A stretch of 62,166 bases of DNA, filler included, from Sphacelaria rigidula (Eukaryota), in assembly GCA_964200075.2 (NCBI GenBank). It is 10 parts of 10 records of this genome, joined end to end, with 100 filler letters (N's around TTAATTAATTAA, not from the genome) between each part and the next. Parts side by side here need not be neighbours in the genome. Positions count along the whole stretch, not along the records: positions 37,363 to 43,488 come from CAXNAA020022064.1; positions 43,589 to 49,714 come from CAXNAA020022065.1; positions 49,815 to 55,940 come from CAXNAA020022066.1; 7 more parts are not named here. One strand, given 5' to 3'. A program made the translations under genes and the position numbers. Numbering within the stretch: the first letter of the stretch is position 1; each line of letters opens with the position of its first letter. Shown piece by piece: positions 37,918-52,250 of the stretch. The notes beneath the pieces are model-generated. The model made no database searches and was not told the DNA's origin. It worked only from the letters and a program-made list of their open reading frames with translations.

Positions 37918-38210
37918 TCACATATACCAGCGCTCACGTTGAACTTGTCACACACGGCGTACATGTACAAGCCATTCACGCCTTGAGTCATGAAGAATGG
38001 TTGGCTGTGTGAATTACAAATGATGTACGAACCATATGATTTATTCGTCGAAATGATGACTCTGAGTTGACTCACGAGTTGATTTGTCCTAGTAGCCGTG
38101 CAATAATATAGTACGGTCACGTCGACGCGAAAGTCATCGGTTGAATCGGCATCCCTTTCACTTGAAACAAGTATGTATGATCCAGATGGACTGCGCTCGC
38201 GGTCAGAGGG

Positions 38211-38338
38211 GTTGAAACCTTGATGGAAACCCTTCGACGGTTTTTATTGTTGTGAATCGGCATCATTTTGACTAGAATGGCTGAAAATGATGCCGATTCA
38301 CAACAATGAAAATCGTCGAAGGGTTCCGGAAGGGTTAA
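38211..38338. mobile_element. Short hairpin MITE with piggyBac-like end
   Basis: AACCCTTCGACG...TTGTTGTGAATCGGCATCATTTT pairs with AAAATGATGCCGATTCACAACAA...CGTCGAAGGGTT and ends AGGGTTAA. The adjacent 38130-38214 matches 30148-30231, which also ends AGGGTTAA. Confidence 0.55.
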
Positions 38339-38577
38339 TACTGTCTCTGGCGGGAAACGGGGGTAATATACCCCTATACGTCATACCAGGGGCGTAGACC
38401 AGAAACACCGATCTGTGACATGGTGGCCACTCCGAGGATCGATCTTGGGTTTCCACGGGGTGCCCATGAACTGGCACCCTTCCATCCGAGACCGCGGGAA
38501 ACGGGTAGTCTGTGGCGGGAAACGGGGGTAATGCACCACTATAAGTCGTAGTACCAAGCGCGAAGACGGAGCCAAAA

Positions 38578-38615
<38 letters not shown>

Positions 38616-40290
38616 TGGCGTCATCCTTTGTGTCAGAATCTTGAATAAGNNNNNNNNNNGGGGGAAGGGGGGTGGAGCCCCCCCTACTTGTTTTGCGACC
38701 CAGCGAGGAGGGGGCCACCACCTCCCCCCCCCCCCCCCCCCGGTATGGTGTCGATTGTTCGATTGTTCGACTGATTGGTTAAATGATTGATGGTCGCACA
38801 CCAAGTGATCCCCCAGATGTGGTCACATGACGGACATACCCAGAAAACTAAACAAAAGGGAAACACTCGCTGAAGGGAAGTAGAGAAGCCAGAAAGATGG
38901 AACAGGCACAAGAAGTGTGTGGGGCAACTGACTACATTGTTCTGTTGAAGGCAAAGCCCGAACCGTTGCGCCCAGTGTATTAAATCTTTGGCGGCGGTCG
39001 CCACACGAGGGCGAAACCTGAGCCTTTTCGCCTCCCTCCCTTACCACGCGGTGTAGTGATCCTGTGGCGGAAAATGGCTGGCGAGGGGAGCCAGTGTGGT
39101 ATCTTGCAATGTCTACAACGAGGGTGCAGCCGGAGCTGTAACGGCCAGTTTATTGATCCCGCCGTAGCGCAAGCCCAAGCTGGGACGATGCAGCCCAATT
39201 TCTCACAATGTGTTGTGTGTTATCGTCCCATCTGTTCTGGACGCCGGGCTACACCTTTCGGTGAGTGTAGGCGTACCAGCCGGGGTCACACACGAGGAAG
39301 GCCATCACAGGAGTTTTTGTTTGTTTGTTTTAGTCCTCCACTTTCCTTCTGCGGTGCTTGCGTTTATTTTTATCGCGGGAGGGGTCCAGCAACAACCTTC
39401 CCTTCGTCGACCATTTAGTCGACCAAGGTCATGCCGTCAACGCACTGTGATTGCTACAGTTATGGGGGTGAATGGGGGGGCATAACGACCAAAAAACCAA
39501 TCTCCGAAAAAAAACCCGGAGGAATAATGAATAAGTCACCTCTGCCGAACAAAACACACGATCCATCCCTAACTACCTTGGTTTAGTATGCAACAGCTGT
39601 GGCACTTCTCATCGCGCTTTTCCCGACACAGGAAGCAAGTCGGCCTGCGGCACTTCACAGGCCCCAACTTACGCACAAAAGTTAGGTCACCTTGTTGGTG
39701 ATTTGCTCAATTCGCCACAGCGGGCCCAAAACGCCCATAAATTGAAGAAACCTAAAAAACACCCTTTTCAGAACATGTTGGGGTGGTGCGGCTTAGTTGT
39801 CTGTCACGTGTAGAACGAATCGCAAATATGTTGACCTCGACTGGGTGTGTGGGAAGCGCACGCAACACACCGCAGTGCATTCCTCTGCTTGGTTGCCGAG
39901 AAACCCGCTGTCATCACGACACTGAAATGTCATCGTCAGGAATACCTCTTGGCGTCCCTCAATTGGGGATGTAGAGCTCCAAAATTGTCCCCGTTTCAAT
40001 GGCTACCCCTTCGACTGACCCATCCAGAGGTGAAGGTGACCTGAAACCAGGCCATGGAAGCGAATCTCTTGGTATTACTGCACCCCGGTAGTATATCCCA
40101 GTAGTTGATCAAGCACGTGTCAAGGATGTTTCCATTAATAATGGCACGTAGTGCGAGTTTTCCGTCGGGGCTGTAGCACGACGCCCTGTTCGTAATCAAT
40201 CCAAGCCTGTTCGTTATCGTGCCTGCCGACGGCACTCTGTCGCTCCATGTACCCCGCCATGACGAACACGCACACGTCCACCACGTCCAG

Positions 40291-40883
40291 GTTACCGCAG
40301 GCGCCAAGCTTGAGATACTAGGCGTGGATTTCCTCACTCTGGGCCTCCTTCCGGGCCCGATGCGTCGCCTCCGCCGGCTGCGCCGCCCGTGCGAAGTCTC
40401 CGGCACGGCCGAGTTCACGGACTCGGACCTCATGTATTCCCCTGCAGTCCGTCGCCTTGCGGAGCGCGTCGTGAATGCCGCCCTTCGCCCGCGGGCACGG
40501 TCCACGCTCCCATTCAAACTGTCAACCCCATCATCAGAGAACGACGCTGATGCGTTGGCGGCGGCGGCTGCGGGCGGGGTCGCGCAAGCCTACTCTGGCG
40601 GCGACGGCGCAGAGGAGGTTGGGGGGGACGGGGAGGCGAAGCAACTGCAGGTGCACGTATTTCGGGTGCGGGTTCGAGGGCGCAAGCTGGCCGTGGAAGG
40701 GGAGATGGCGAACGGTCCGTTTTCCCGTCTGCCGTTTCGGTACGACATCTCACTCAGCGTCTCTCGGAACGGACAAATACTTTACCTGAAAGATCCGAGT
40801 GTGTATTGGGGTACCCCGGGCGGGCACGTGCCCTTGCCGATGCTGCCCCAGCTGCAGGTTATTAAGGTCGACATGGGCGACAG
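40291..40883 (+). CDS. DUF2993/LmeA-like protein, penultimate exon
   Basis: Acceptor GTCCAG|, GC-rich coding (LRRPCEVSGTAEFTDSDLMYSP...GQILYLKDP...KVDMGD), donor AG|GTTAGT. The exon call is strong; the family assignment is tentative. Confidence 0.7.
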
Positions 40884-40899
40884 GTTAGTCCGACTGTTT

Positions 40900-40973
<74 letters not shown>

Positions 40974-42006
40974 TGTTGTTTGGCATGTCCACTGGGTTTG
41001 GGCTTGAATGAGACTGCGGTTGGTTGTGGCATCGATCGTATCGAGAAGGCTCTTTTTTTCAAGGATGATACACTTCCAAACCAGAGGGCCGTCATGGCTC
41101 AGCTTTGATTTCGTGAAGGTGTCAGTTTTGCTTCAAAGGCCGCCTCATGTTCGACATTCTGGACGGAAAAACAATCTCGAAGCCTGCTGACTGTGGCGAT
41201 TCAGCGCCGATTTTCGCCGGAATACGGGACGTATCGAATCGTCCCACGTTGGAAAGACTCACTGTACTCTCCAAGAGGATTCCAGCGCACTTTCCCGTTT
41301 GTTTTCTCGCGCCCAATATGACGTTTTTTGGCCTGTAAAAATCTTTATCAGGGCCTCTTCTCCTTTCGTTCGACTGTGTTGACGGCTGATATAAAGTCAA
41401 GTGNNNNNNNNNNCCACAAAAAAGGATACCAGCCCTCTTCCCTTTTTTTTTTTCCCCCGCATAAATTCCTTTTTTTGCCTTTAAAAAAAATTTTCCCCCC
41501 CCCCCCCCCCCCTAAAAAAAAACTTGGGGTTCTCGAAAAAAATACATATCGATTTAAGAGATACGTTCTTCTGGGGTTGTTATAGACTTTGTTTTTTCGT
41601 CCGTGAGTCAAATTTGGCGCACAAACGGTCGGAAAAGCTGTTTGAAATCCTCTCGGGAGGTGAGTACAGAAACTATTCCCGGCGTGGGTTACATTTGATC
41701 AAGCTCCTTATTCGCTGAATCGCCAACGTGGCCTTCTTTAGAGATATTTTTTCTCGCAGCACAAGAAAAGGAATATTTTGTCTCGATTTCAGCTCCCCGT
41801 GCCATACTCATCCATGACCTGGTGAGTTGTCTTCAAATTCGGCAGTACGGTACAAGTTATTGATGAACAAGCATGTGTCCCTCTCCTGGCCACCCAGTCG
41901 ACTGATCGCGCAGACCCACGGTCACTCAGTACATCGTCCGTAACATGGGAAATCTGTCCGTATTCTTACCCGTCCCTATATGTGGTGTTTGTTCCCGCGA
42001 TTCCAG

Positions 42007-42190
42007 GGCTAAGATCGAGCACTTGCATATTTCTAGAGGTCGCATGAGGATCGGCGGAAGGTTCATCATGTCGCCTGTTGTACCCTTCACCGTATCGCCG
42101 GGGTCAAAACAGGCGAATGTCGAGCACGACCTGGCGGAGACCCTCACACGCTTGGTCCACAACACGCTTCGCTTCAACCGCCAATACTAG
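42007..42190 (+). CDS. DUF2993/LmeA-like protein, terminal exon
   Basis: Acceptor TTCCAG|G completes Arg (phase 2). Reads AKIEHLHISRGRMRIGGRFIMSPVVPFTV...FNRQY*. Confidence 0.7.
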
Positions 42191-43588
42191 TGCCGCTATG
42201 TGTCGAGGCAATTAGTGAAGAGCGTCATTACATTTCCGTAGAAGTTTAGCGACATAGCCAGCTATATCTGTCATGGTCTGCCTGGACTTGCACCGCATGT
42301 CAAGGGGGCCGAGCGTATCGAGTGAATAGAAGCAATTTTGCTTTCAACTACTTTTTATGGGCGCTGCTTGCCCTGCTTGAAGGGGGTAGGTAGTGCAATG
42401 TTTGTGTGCAATGTTATGAGGGCTGCTAGGATCACAAGTGGTGACCTGCGGTGATTGCCCAGGTTGTCATGGGACAATTCTGTCCAGTGAATAGTCAAAT
42501 TGATGAAAGCGAAATGGTCGGCATGTCCACCCCGTCATCTCTTCGTATTTCGTGGACAAAAAATACCGGAGAGTGACTCGTATTTTTTCGTTTCCCATCG
42601 CCCTAGGGTAGCGCATCACCCGGCAGAGCTCTCGTTCATTCTAGCTTGTCGAATTCATTCATACACCACCAGTGTTTTGTTTATGTTTTACGCAGTCGCT
42701 TGTCAATTTGTCCTCTCCATTAAGAACATATTAGGGCGATAAATGATTAGAAGTATTGGTTGCGTGTTGTACGTGTGTTCTTCGATTCTGGGGGTCGTTT
42801 TAGTATAACCCCGTGGTATCCGGTATCCGGGATAGTATCCGGCATCCGGGATAGAGCCTTAGGTCGTCATTGTTATTGTTCATCAGTGTACTATATGTTT
42901 GAGCGTCTAGTGTAGAGAAGGCACGTGAGCGGCCGCAATTTTGTAACGATGAATTGCTGGATGTCTACGCCTATTTGAAGGAGCGTACGGAGACGGTACA
43001 TGACCATGTCCCGTTCCCGTTGGAGCGTATTACAGGGACAGTGGTCCCGCTTTGGTGACCGTCGTTTTCAGGAGTATATTGACAAGCCCGTTGATCAACG
43101 AAGGAATGCACTTGCTTCTGGGTGCTGTCTCGCTGTCGCGGGACGGATTCACGAGTGTTGCTGGTATGAATATAGAAAACAAAAAAAACAGCTGGTGGTG
43201 TCTCTGGCCGATTCAAAGATATGCAGCAAACGTAGGCCATGCGTACCATGACGGCCGGTTTGTCTTGCACAGCTGTCGTTGCCTGGAACGCGCTTTTCAC
43301 CGTCGTGCGGATCTAGGATGGAGGGGCTGGTGTAAGGCATGAAATTGCTTGTGGCGCATGTAGATGATGCGTCGAGAGGAAGTTGGCAATTGTGTCTTTC
43401 GTCTCGATCAAGGTCCGCATATGCAGAGTTTTTTTTTTTTTAGTAGAAATCCATGATGACAAGCGGTATGTGATTTCCGTATTAGAGCNNNNNNNNNNNN
43501 NNNNNNNNNNNNNNNNNNNNNNNNNNNNNNNNTTAATTAATTAANNNNNNNNNNNNNNNNNNNNNNNNNNNNNNNNNNNNNNNNNNNN

Positions 43589-43661
<73 letters not shown>

Positions 43662-44167
43662 TCGACGCATCTGCTGCTTTTCTTGCACATTGGCATGGGA
43701 CAAGACGGCATAGGCTGGTTTCGAATGTGTGCAGCAATATCGAGATGACACAGATTCCGCCTCCCTACCTACATTGATTACGGTGCATAACCTATGCCAC
43801 AAGTAGTAACGCGTCACAGCAACTGTACTCAACCTGTCCTCATGGTGCCTGTTACACTTGTTACCGTCTGTGGTGCGTATCTACAAATAAATCCTATTCT
43901 ATCATTACGAAAGTGCGGTGCAAATCTTGCCGTTTCATCCATCACGCGTTTTGAAAGTGATCAGTCATCCCGCATATTTGTGCTTCACGGCACGCCAAAA
44001 AGACATCACCACCGGCACCGTTCTATCGCGCTTACATAGGTCGTGCATCCCCTTGCGCTCCACAGGGGGTGTGATGGCGCACTCCACACATTAGCAGTCG
44101 TAAGTAGATCATCACATCTAGCAAATCACTCAGCGGTATCCTTGCGTGCTGGACGTTGTAGCACATC

Positions 44168-44379
44168 ATGAGGTCTTTCCTCACGTCTTTTCTTGGATCG
44201 CCCTTGCTCGTTGTGCTCCTAGTAGTGTTGCTTTCCCTTCGGGTGTTCGGCAGTCAAGGCGAGATAACACCCACCGCGCCGAAGGGATCACCATCAGCAG
44301 CCGGGGACGTCGCTGGGGAGAGCTTGGTGGATCATCCGCTCAGCGAGGACGATCCTGCGCTGTTTCGTGGACAACACGA
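44168..44379 (+). CDS. Secreted/membrane hypothetical protein, first exon
   Basis: MRSFLTSFLGSPLLVVLLVVLLSLRVFG is signal-peptide-like; donor GA|GTACGT. Confidence 0.45.
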
Positions 44380-46632
44380 GTACGTTAAAAGAGACCGTTT
44401 ACGCGCTGGCGGACATGTTGCGGTGAGGCTTTCTGCTCTACGCTGCAGCAGAGACTTCGGTCACTGTTACAATACTATTCCGAAACGATTATCCAAGATT
44501 CAAGATTTTGTTGTGCATGCAGCACTTCCCGCACGATGCTGTGAATAGAGAAGAGCCTCCTCTGCCCCAGCTGTCATGTGTGTGTTGAGATTTTTGTCCT
44601 GTTTTATTCATGCCTACTATGGCCCGATTGGTTCACTGCGCTTCACTGCACCGTACTCTTGCGAACAACGGGCTCGAACACCTCCAGTCAGTGCTGCGCT
44701 GGCGAAAATGTTCAAGCTTCCCACGTACAGTACAACGGTACCGCATTGAGTGACTGCACTATGTTTACAGAGTCGTGTTGCCTATCGAACCAATAATCGA
44801 GTCGATACGATATCGATATTGGCGAGCCCGGCGAGCGCAGCGAGCCCCCAACAGCCCCCCCCGGCTGGTGAGGGGGCCCCTCTGGAGGCGCCGCCGGAGG
44901 GGAAAAAATTGGCGCAATTTGGCTTCATTTCTAAAAAAAACGCCCCAACCTGCACCTCTTTTCTCTGCAAGCTGTGGACCTATTTTTAGCCAAAAGTAAC
45001 GTTGGAAGAACATTTGAAATACGCATGATACCATGTTCGCACGGTGCTGGGATTTACACTACGTATCATGTAGCATGACTTGTTGAGGACCCGCAGGTCA
45101 AAAGTCGTATTTCTTGCGATTATGCCTTACTAGATGCTTGTAGTCGCAGAATCTACCAGATGGATGATGGACGATGTTATGTTGAGGCGATCTTCAACCA
45201 CAGATTGGCGATTCGCTCCCAGAACGCTGTGGCGTTCGTACTATCGAAAAATATGCTCCAGTATATGACGACACCATGAAAGCACCGGAATTCCTGCACA
45301 CCAGCCAACAGTAAGATAACACTCAATGCGAATACCTCACATTTCTGCCCAGCTCTGAAAATACCTTCACTTGATTTCTGTACCATTTCAAGCCACTCTG
45401 CCAGTCTACTGCTCTGATTTTACTCGGAACTCCGGATATCACGCTCAGACACCGCCCCTTGGCCAGATATGGTGGCCATATGAGGCCTACGTGTAGACTA
45501 GTGCTGTATGCTGTGTGACATAATATCGAAAATATCGAACTTTTTTCGATTCGATATTCGATTCGATAATGAGATTCGATATATCAAAACTTTCGGTACG
45601 ATATGAAACACTATTACAGAGTACCGCCCACTCCTTTCTCTTGGAACCATGGCATCAAATCGACAGGTGCCCGTCCCTGCCCCAGCGTGCTCCGTAAAAG
45701 TACCCATTATTTGCCATTGAAACGCTTTTTTAGCTGAGGCGGGTTCTACCAAAGGAGATTAGGACCCTCCGTAATATTGAAAGGGTTTTCCCCCGTTTCC
45801 AAAATCCCCTTTTGAAAAACGACCGCTGATTGGTCGGCAAGGGGAACATACAACGTTTTCGTGAAATCGATAGTACAGTAGGACAGGATGAGATTGAAAG
45901 TGAGGAGCAAATGTAAAGTTTCAGTTCCGAAAGTTCCCTCTACGAGCTCCGATACGCTTTCTGTAGTAGCTTGCCACTGGGGCCCTTGATATCCTTGAGT
46001 AGGATATCGACGTGTAGCTCAAAGCACACGCCAGTGCCACAGACGAGGGAAGCACAGGGGATGTAAAATTGGTCACGTTGAACCGAATGATAAAACCCAC
46101 TCTCAATCAACGCTCTACTCTCAATCTCACCAAAACAGTGCTATGTCCGGTTGGCAAGGGCACATGCAAAGTCTTACCACCCAACACAACACAATCAGAG
46201 CTAAACCTGAGGGACTTGGTCTCGCTAACCAAAAACACAGTTCTCGAGCCGGAGCTGCTTATCAGCTGTGCGCGTTGTGCGTGACCTTGCTCAAATCCGT
46301 TCAATATTCGCTGAGAAATCACGATTTGTGTGAGACGCGCGCACAGCACCCGCTTTCAAAGCGGCCAGCAACGATACGTTTTCGTTGTTTTTGACACGCA
46401 CGCGGCCGCTGTCCGTCCAATCCAAACGGAATTCCTTCGAACAAAGACTGCCGTGTGTAGACTAGCAAGGGCCAGCGGTGAAACTAATGCGCGTGAGTGG
46501 TGAGTGTCTGTGCGTGTTTTTTCGGGGCTGGGTGAGTAGGTGTTGTGTTGCCTTGTCGCGTCTTGTCTGTATTACAGCATTACCCAGTAGTGCCTGGTGT
46601 TATAATATCGTCTCTTCGAGATAAGATGTATC

Positions 46633-47486
46633 TATATATACCCCGCCAGAAAAAGGTGATGTGTCAAAGTAGTTGATATTTGCAGTCAAGTTCATTTACC
46701 GCACATTTTCCCATATAATATATATCGCTACGAACGTTATATATTTGGGGTGTATGATCTGTAGTTGTATATATAGTATATATCACTATATATATTACTA
46801 TATGTCACGTGATTTCTGGTCCATGTGACGTGTATCGCCTGGCATCTGACCTATATGACGATGAAGTAACCTAATTGATACATAGTAATGTGATGTTTTG
46901 TATAGTCATATATTCCCGCATAGATCAGATATGCCACGTGTTCCAGGAAAGACGCCAGTGCCTCTTGTAATGGTCTTCCACAGCTTCTCATCTATGTTAA
47001 GCATAGCAGTATCCACGGCATCATGTGAGGGGTCACTGATGGACTCGTCGCCATTGAGATTGATGGGGTCTGGACGACTCCGGTTCTCTGGAGAGGCCTT
47101 GTCAGCGTTGGTGTTGGCGATGGTCAAAGACGGCCTAAGGGCGGTGTTGGGGGTGGGCGCAGTCGAAGGCGACTGCTGCTGAGACTTCCCTGTAGCCGGT
47201 GATGAAGGTGCCTGGGCGTCGCTCATCGCGTCGAAACTTCACCTCAGTAATAAAAGTCTGACAGACCTCGAGTGCATCCCCTTTTGTCCAGGCAGTAGGC
47301 GGGCGTCATAAATATCGCACACTGTGTGGCACATTGCACCGATGTACGAGTAAGCCGAGACAAAATCTTCCATGCATCACGTGATGCAGTCGTATATTCC
47401 ACTGTTGTAGACCACCTGATCAAGGCAACAAACTGTTCAATACCACCTGACATACGCCTATATATCACCTAATGCGGGTATATATA
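46633..47486. mobile_element. Non-autonomous TIR element, ~850 bp
   Basis: TATATATACCCCGC...AGGTGAT pairs with ATCACCT..TGCGGGTATATATA. Subtermini are TATA-rich and the core is GC-richer. Confidence 0.45.
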
Positions 47487-50400
47487 CCACATATCATATA
47501 GCCTTCTTGTCACATTTTGCTGAAGAATATCATTTTTATATCGTGTACCCTCCGACAAAATATGACGAAGGTATATGAAATATCATGTATAGGGGAGTAT
47601 AATCTGCACCAGGATCTATTATACAGACCTTGGACTAACGACCACTTCCAGAACCGCCGCATTTTTGAACCTAAAAATTACTGTGAAATATAGCGGGAAT
47701 CTCCAGTTTGAGATACCTCAACAAAGGTCGATAACACCGACGCGCCAGGTTTCTCTCAAATGCTCCCTGATTGCGTTGTATTGTGTGGCAAGCCTTGGCA
47801 TGTGCCCCTGTCAACGGGGCATGTATGCCCGCTCCCCTTCGAGGTGTGCGGAAATCCCCTTTCGAGACGCGATTTCAGTAAGAGTTTTCTTCACTTCCTG
47901 GAATCCCCCCCCAGGAGGGTTTTGTGGGGGGTGTTTTAAGGGATGGTATCGTAGCCATCAGTCAGCGGTTGTTTTCGAATAAGAAGATGTTGAAAAAGGG
48001 GATATTCCCCATCGATTGCGCTGCCGAGCTTGCCCTGCTGTGTGTCATGTTGTCGGCTTCCCAAAGAAGCTTCAACCATTTTTTTTTGAGACCCCATTCT
48101 TCTAAGGTCGGGAGAACTCACCTTCGCGAACCCCAAAACTGGGGGCACCATTTTATGGTACAGACAGTACAGTATCACAGATTTGTGAAACGGTTCTGTA
48201 CACGGACGGTTATTTTCTGCATGAGAGAGGTACTGCGTACTCGTGCATGAAGCCGAAGAGCAGGCAGGCGGTAAACAATCCTTCGGGTATAGTGCCGTAC
48301 CTTGGTACCCTAGGGTAATACAATAGTAGTGCAGGATACTCCATGAGTATAGTACATGATAATGCCGTGTGGTGGTACATGATGGCACAGTCTGTATTGC
48401 GAGAACACAAAACAAACAGCGCGTGAGCAGAGTTCAGTAGTGCAGTGCCGTACATCACCGCCCAAGCACAGAGAAAACGGCTAGGAGAGTACAGTAGCAC
48501 TCGTTAAAGTGATACATAAGGCAGCGCAGCGCAGCATATAATATTACCGTCGCCGCAGGGTTCGGCGTCACCACTTGTTATGCGCTTGTCAAACCTCGTG
48601 CGAAGTTGCTTCAGCAACTGGCGCGGGCAGTAGGCACGCCCTGCGCTGTCACGATACTGTCTTCTGCTGCCGTTGCGATAATATCAAACGCCTCGTACTG
48701 TACGTCATTGCACGTACGTCACCTCAAAAAAATCGTGGGGAGCCACAGTCTCGGAACGGTTTTCCCCGGTTCTTCGAAACGATCGGGAGAAACCGTTCTG
48801 AGATCGTGACTCCGCGAATTTTTCGCTTCCGATTTGGTCCAAATCCGTGTCCATAAAATGCGTTCCCCGAATTTTTTTCCTCGATGCTTGAAAAAATCGA
48901 GATTGGTGACTACCATAAAAGTCGGTCTAAGCCCTTGGCATGATTGATCGATTGATTGGTTGGTTGATTGTCGCACTTGAACCCTGAGACAGCGAGCGTC
49001 ACCTCTGAACAGTTTCACAAACTGACCGTCCGGGGACATCCTGGGGTTTCCAGGGGGCGGGGGAGGTGATTTTCGACAGTGGGGTGGGGGCTTGTACCCC
49101 AGCACAGCCTAGAAGCTCACGAAGTCAACCAAGTGTGTTAAGAAAATTCTCACGAAAAATCACGAGCCAGGAACAAGGCCCGAGAGGAGAAGAGTGACAA
49201 TTGAATCACGGCTATCAAAATGATCTCTTCGTTCCCCTACAGGTGGAATACTTAGCTGTCTAGCCGTATTCCTCATTTTGGTCACTACACTTCAACCGTA
49301 GATCACGTGGACGCAAACAACGTGTTCTATACTCCCTCGTGGTCTGTGCGGCCTGCCTGACGCCCCATGTGCTGCCAGCATAGCTTCACACAGTCTGTAG
49401 AGTTGTTGTAGAACACCAAGCGGAGACATGAGCAGCATGCAGTAGATTGATTGTTGAGGGGAGAGCGATCACACGCTTACTGTTTCTTGTCGTTGTATCC
49501 AGCGGAGACATACCCCACGCATACTGAGTTCGCACGAACTTGATTGACTACAGGGGATAAACCGGTCAGCGGTTTCCCGTGACTTTTTTTCTTTTCTTTT
49601 TCTCGCACTTTGAACCCCTCCCCTTCCTCCGGATGAGACCGTGGGCTCAAGGGATCAACCCATCTCTCCCCCGGTACGTGCCTTTTATCTTGGTCTCGCG
49701 GATTGAGTCAGCACNNNNNNNNNNNNNNNNNNNNNNNNNNNNNNNNNNNNNNNNNNNNTTAATTAATTAANNNNNNNNNNNNNNNNNNNNNNNNNNNNNN
49801 NNNNNNNNNNNNNNCCACCCGGCCCCGCCCCGAGTCCTCTGTCAGTGCCGCATCCTCGACCGCCCACCCCCCCCCCCCCCCCCCTGGAAGCACCAAGATG
49901 TGCAAGGACTGTTAGCCCCCGAAGCTGTTTCGAGGCGAGGCTCGCAGTCAAACGGTTGATGTGCAAATGCTTCTGCGGTGGTACAAATCCCAAAATCTTT
50001 CCAGTCAAAAGAGTTGAGGATACAAGAAGGATCTTCGATGACCGCGTGCGATGAGAAAGAATGAATTCGTCGAAGTCACGTGCTGAACGAATCCAGATAC
50101 GAAAAACGTTGTGTTTTCTAGGTTATCACTTTTTGTTGCAGTACTCATGGAGTACGATATGGTGTGATGTACGAACGGTCTCTGTCGATTTGTTGAATGA
50201 CAATACCCCCCTCTTACTGATGTGGATTTGTTTTTCATCAGTCACGCAAAGATTCTGAAATCGATCGACACCTTAGCTGACCGTGATGAGACTTTTGGAT
50301 TTTTTTTTTTCAAAAGGTGATTTCCTCGACATGCATTTGTGCAATCACCCCTTTTATGTGGTAGCTAGTGTCCACAGTGTTACGATTTGCCTGTCTACAG

Positions 50401-50732
50401 CTATGCCATGTACTCTACTAAGCAGTGTATGGTATTCACTGTGTTCGAAGCTCTTGTTCCACGGGGTACGCCATGTCTATGGTCAGAGGATGAGGGCAGG
50501 AAATGCCTCCCTTCATCTCGATTGACTTCTCTTGGGTCGCACTACTGGCACCACGCTTGAACAATCCGATTGAAATCTTGCCACGCTTGAATTGTCCACA
50601 CACACGTACAGTCATCTGAGGTTCACGTCATAATGAATGTAGGTGAGCATCATGGACTCCGACTAGTAGGCAAGGATACGCGCATCTCCACGCACGGCGC
50701 TATCGGATCAAAAAGCATGAGTCAGAAATCTA

Positions 50733-50979
50733 ACACCCCCCATTGGTCATTGAATGGATTTCCTGTTCTTCGTCATCCAGAGGTGTGCAATTGTTGGACA
50801 CCTGTGCACACCGCAATAGTGTGTGTGAATTGCTCATGTCACGGCTACTTATATACACCACCCCCCATTGGTCATTGAATGGATTTCCTGTTCTTCGTCA
50901 TCCAGAGGTGTGCAATTGTTGGACACCTGTGCACACCGCAATAGTGTGTGTGAATTGCTCATGTCACGGCTACTTATAT
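50733..50979. repeat. Near-perfect tandem duplication, 125-bp period
   Basis: CCCCCCATTGGTCATTGAATGG...GGCTACTTATAT occurs twice. Confidence 0.95.
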
Positions 50980-51894
50980 GCGGCTATGTCATGTATTCCA
51001 CTTTGCAACGTCAAGGTTCTTCTCCTTTTTTTGAAGGTCGTTGGTCCCGGCTTCCCCCCCCCCCCCGCCCCTAATCACTCCCAGAATTGATGAATCCCAG
51101 CTCAGGTGAGTTGATTTCTCGGCGCCTTCCGCTTATGGTTTCAGGCGCTACATATGTGTCATTTGTCATTCGTGTTACTTGGGCTGTATTTTTTTTGCGT
51201 GCGCTTCGGCCCCATTTTTTCGGTGTGTTCTGTTTTGTTGGAAGTCACACGCCCTCTTCTTTCTCCCGCACTCCGACGGTACGACACACTGCTTTCCCGC
51301 TCTGTTTTGGAGCTGGCCCATGTATTCGACAACCATGCCATCATTTAGTAGCAATAGTGTGCATCAATTGAATGTCCATCGACTGATTGATCGACTTACT
51401 GATCGATTGATTGTCGCACGTGAGCGGGTCCGCCACGACTTCAGGCTGTGATCGCAAAGTGGACGTGTGCTCCTGCAAAGTGACATGCACGATCACGTGA
51501 TAAGATCGGCAGGCACTCGCTGAAAAAAAGGTCGAGTAAAGAAAACGTATTAAAAGTTGAAAGATGGATAAATTCAGCAGAGACCTTTTTAGTAATTACT
51601 AATTAACATGGAACAAAATTATCGTTATATAATGTAATACAAATGATTAAATATAACTATCAATCATTCGTATAATATAATAATATATTATAATTTGTAT
51701 AAAACAACAGTTGTCCACCAGGGGTAGCATGTACGTAAGTTTTGAAGAATTTACACAAGTGCATATGAAGAGTCCTGCCACCGCAAAACATGAATCCTGG
51801 TGAGTCCACGGATAGTATACCAATACATCACTTTGAACCGTGATTGCTATTGCATGTGACTGCTCCTTCGCAGTGAAAGATCCCATTCCCTCTC

Positions 51895-52250
51895 CCCCAA
51901 TAAATATTCTGGAGGAACAACTGCAGACTAGCCGGAGCCTCGAGGATCGACAGCAGCAAGGCAAATAAGCTCGCCGGCTGGGGAGCGAGGTCGAGTGCTG
52001 TCCAGAACAAGATCGCTCGATCTCTCAGGGTGCACGGGCCACCCCTCAAGCGGGACGAGTTCCGTCCCGTGCAACTACGGAAGTCGTCGTACTTGAGGGG
52101 TGGCCCGTACCGGCTGAGGGAAGATTGAACGATATTGTTTTGGACAGCACTCCGCTTCGCTCCCCAGCCGGCGAGCTTGTTGGCACTGGTGTAGTCTCTC
52201 GTCGTGGCTTCGACTGCCCTGTGGTTGTTCCTACAGGAATTTTGTAGGGG
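51895..52250. mobile_element. GC-rich foldback element
   Basis: AAGCTCGCCGGCTGGGGAGCGA pairs with TCGCTCCCCAGCCGGCGAGCTT, and ACGGGCCACCCCTCAAG with CTTGAGGGGTGGCCCGT. The arms run almost to the centre. Confidence 0.8.
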
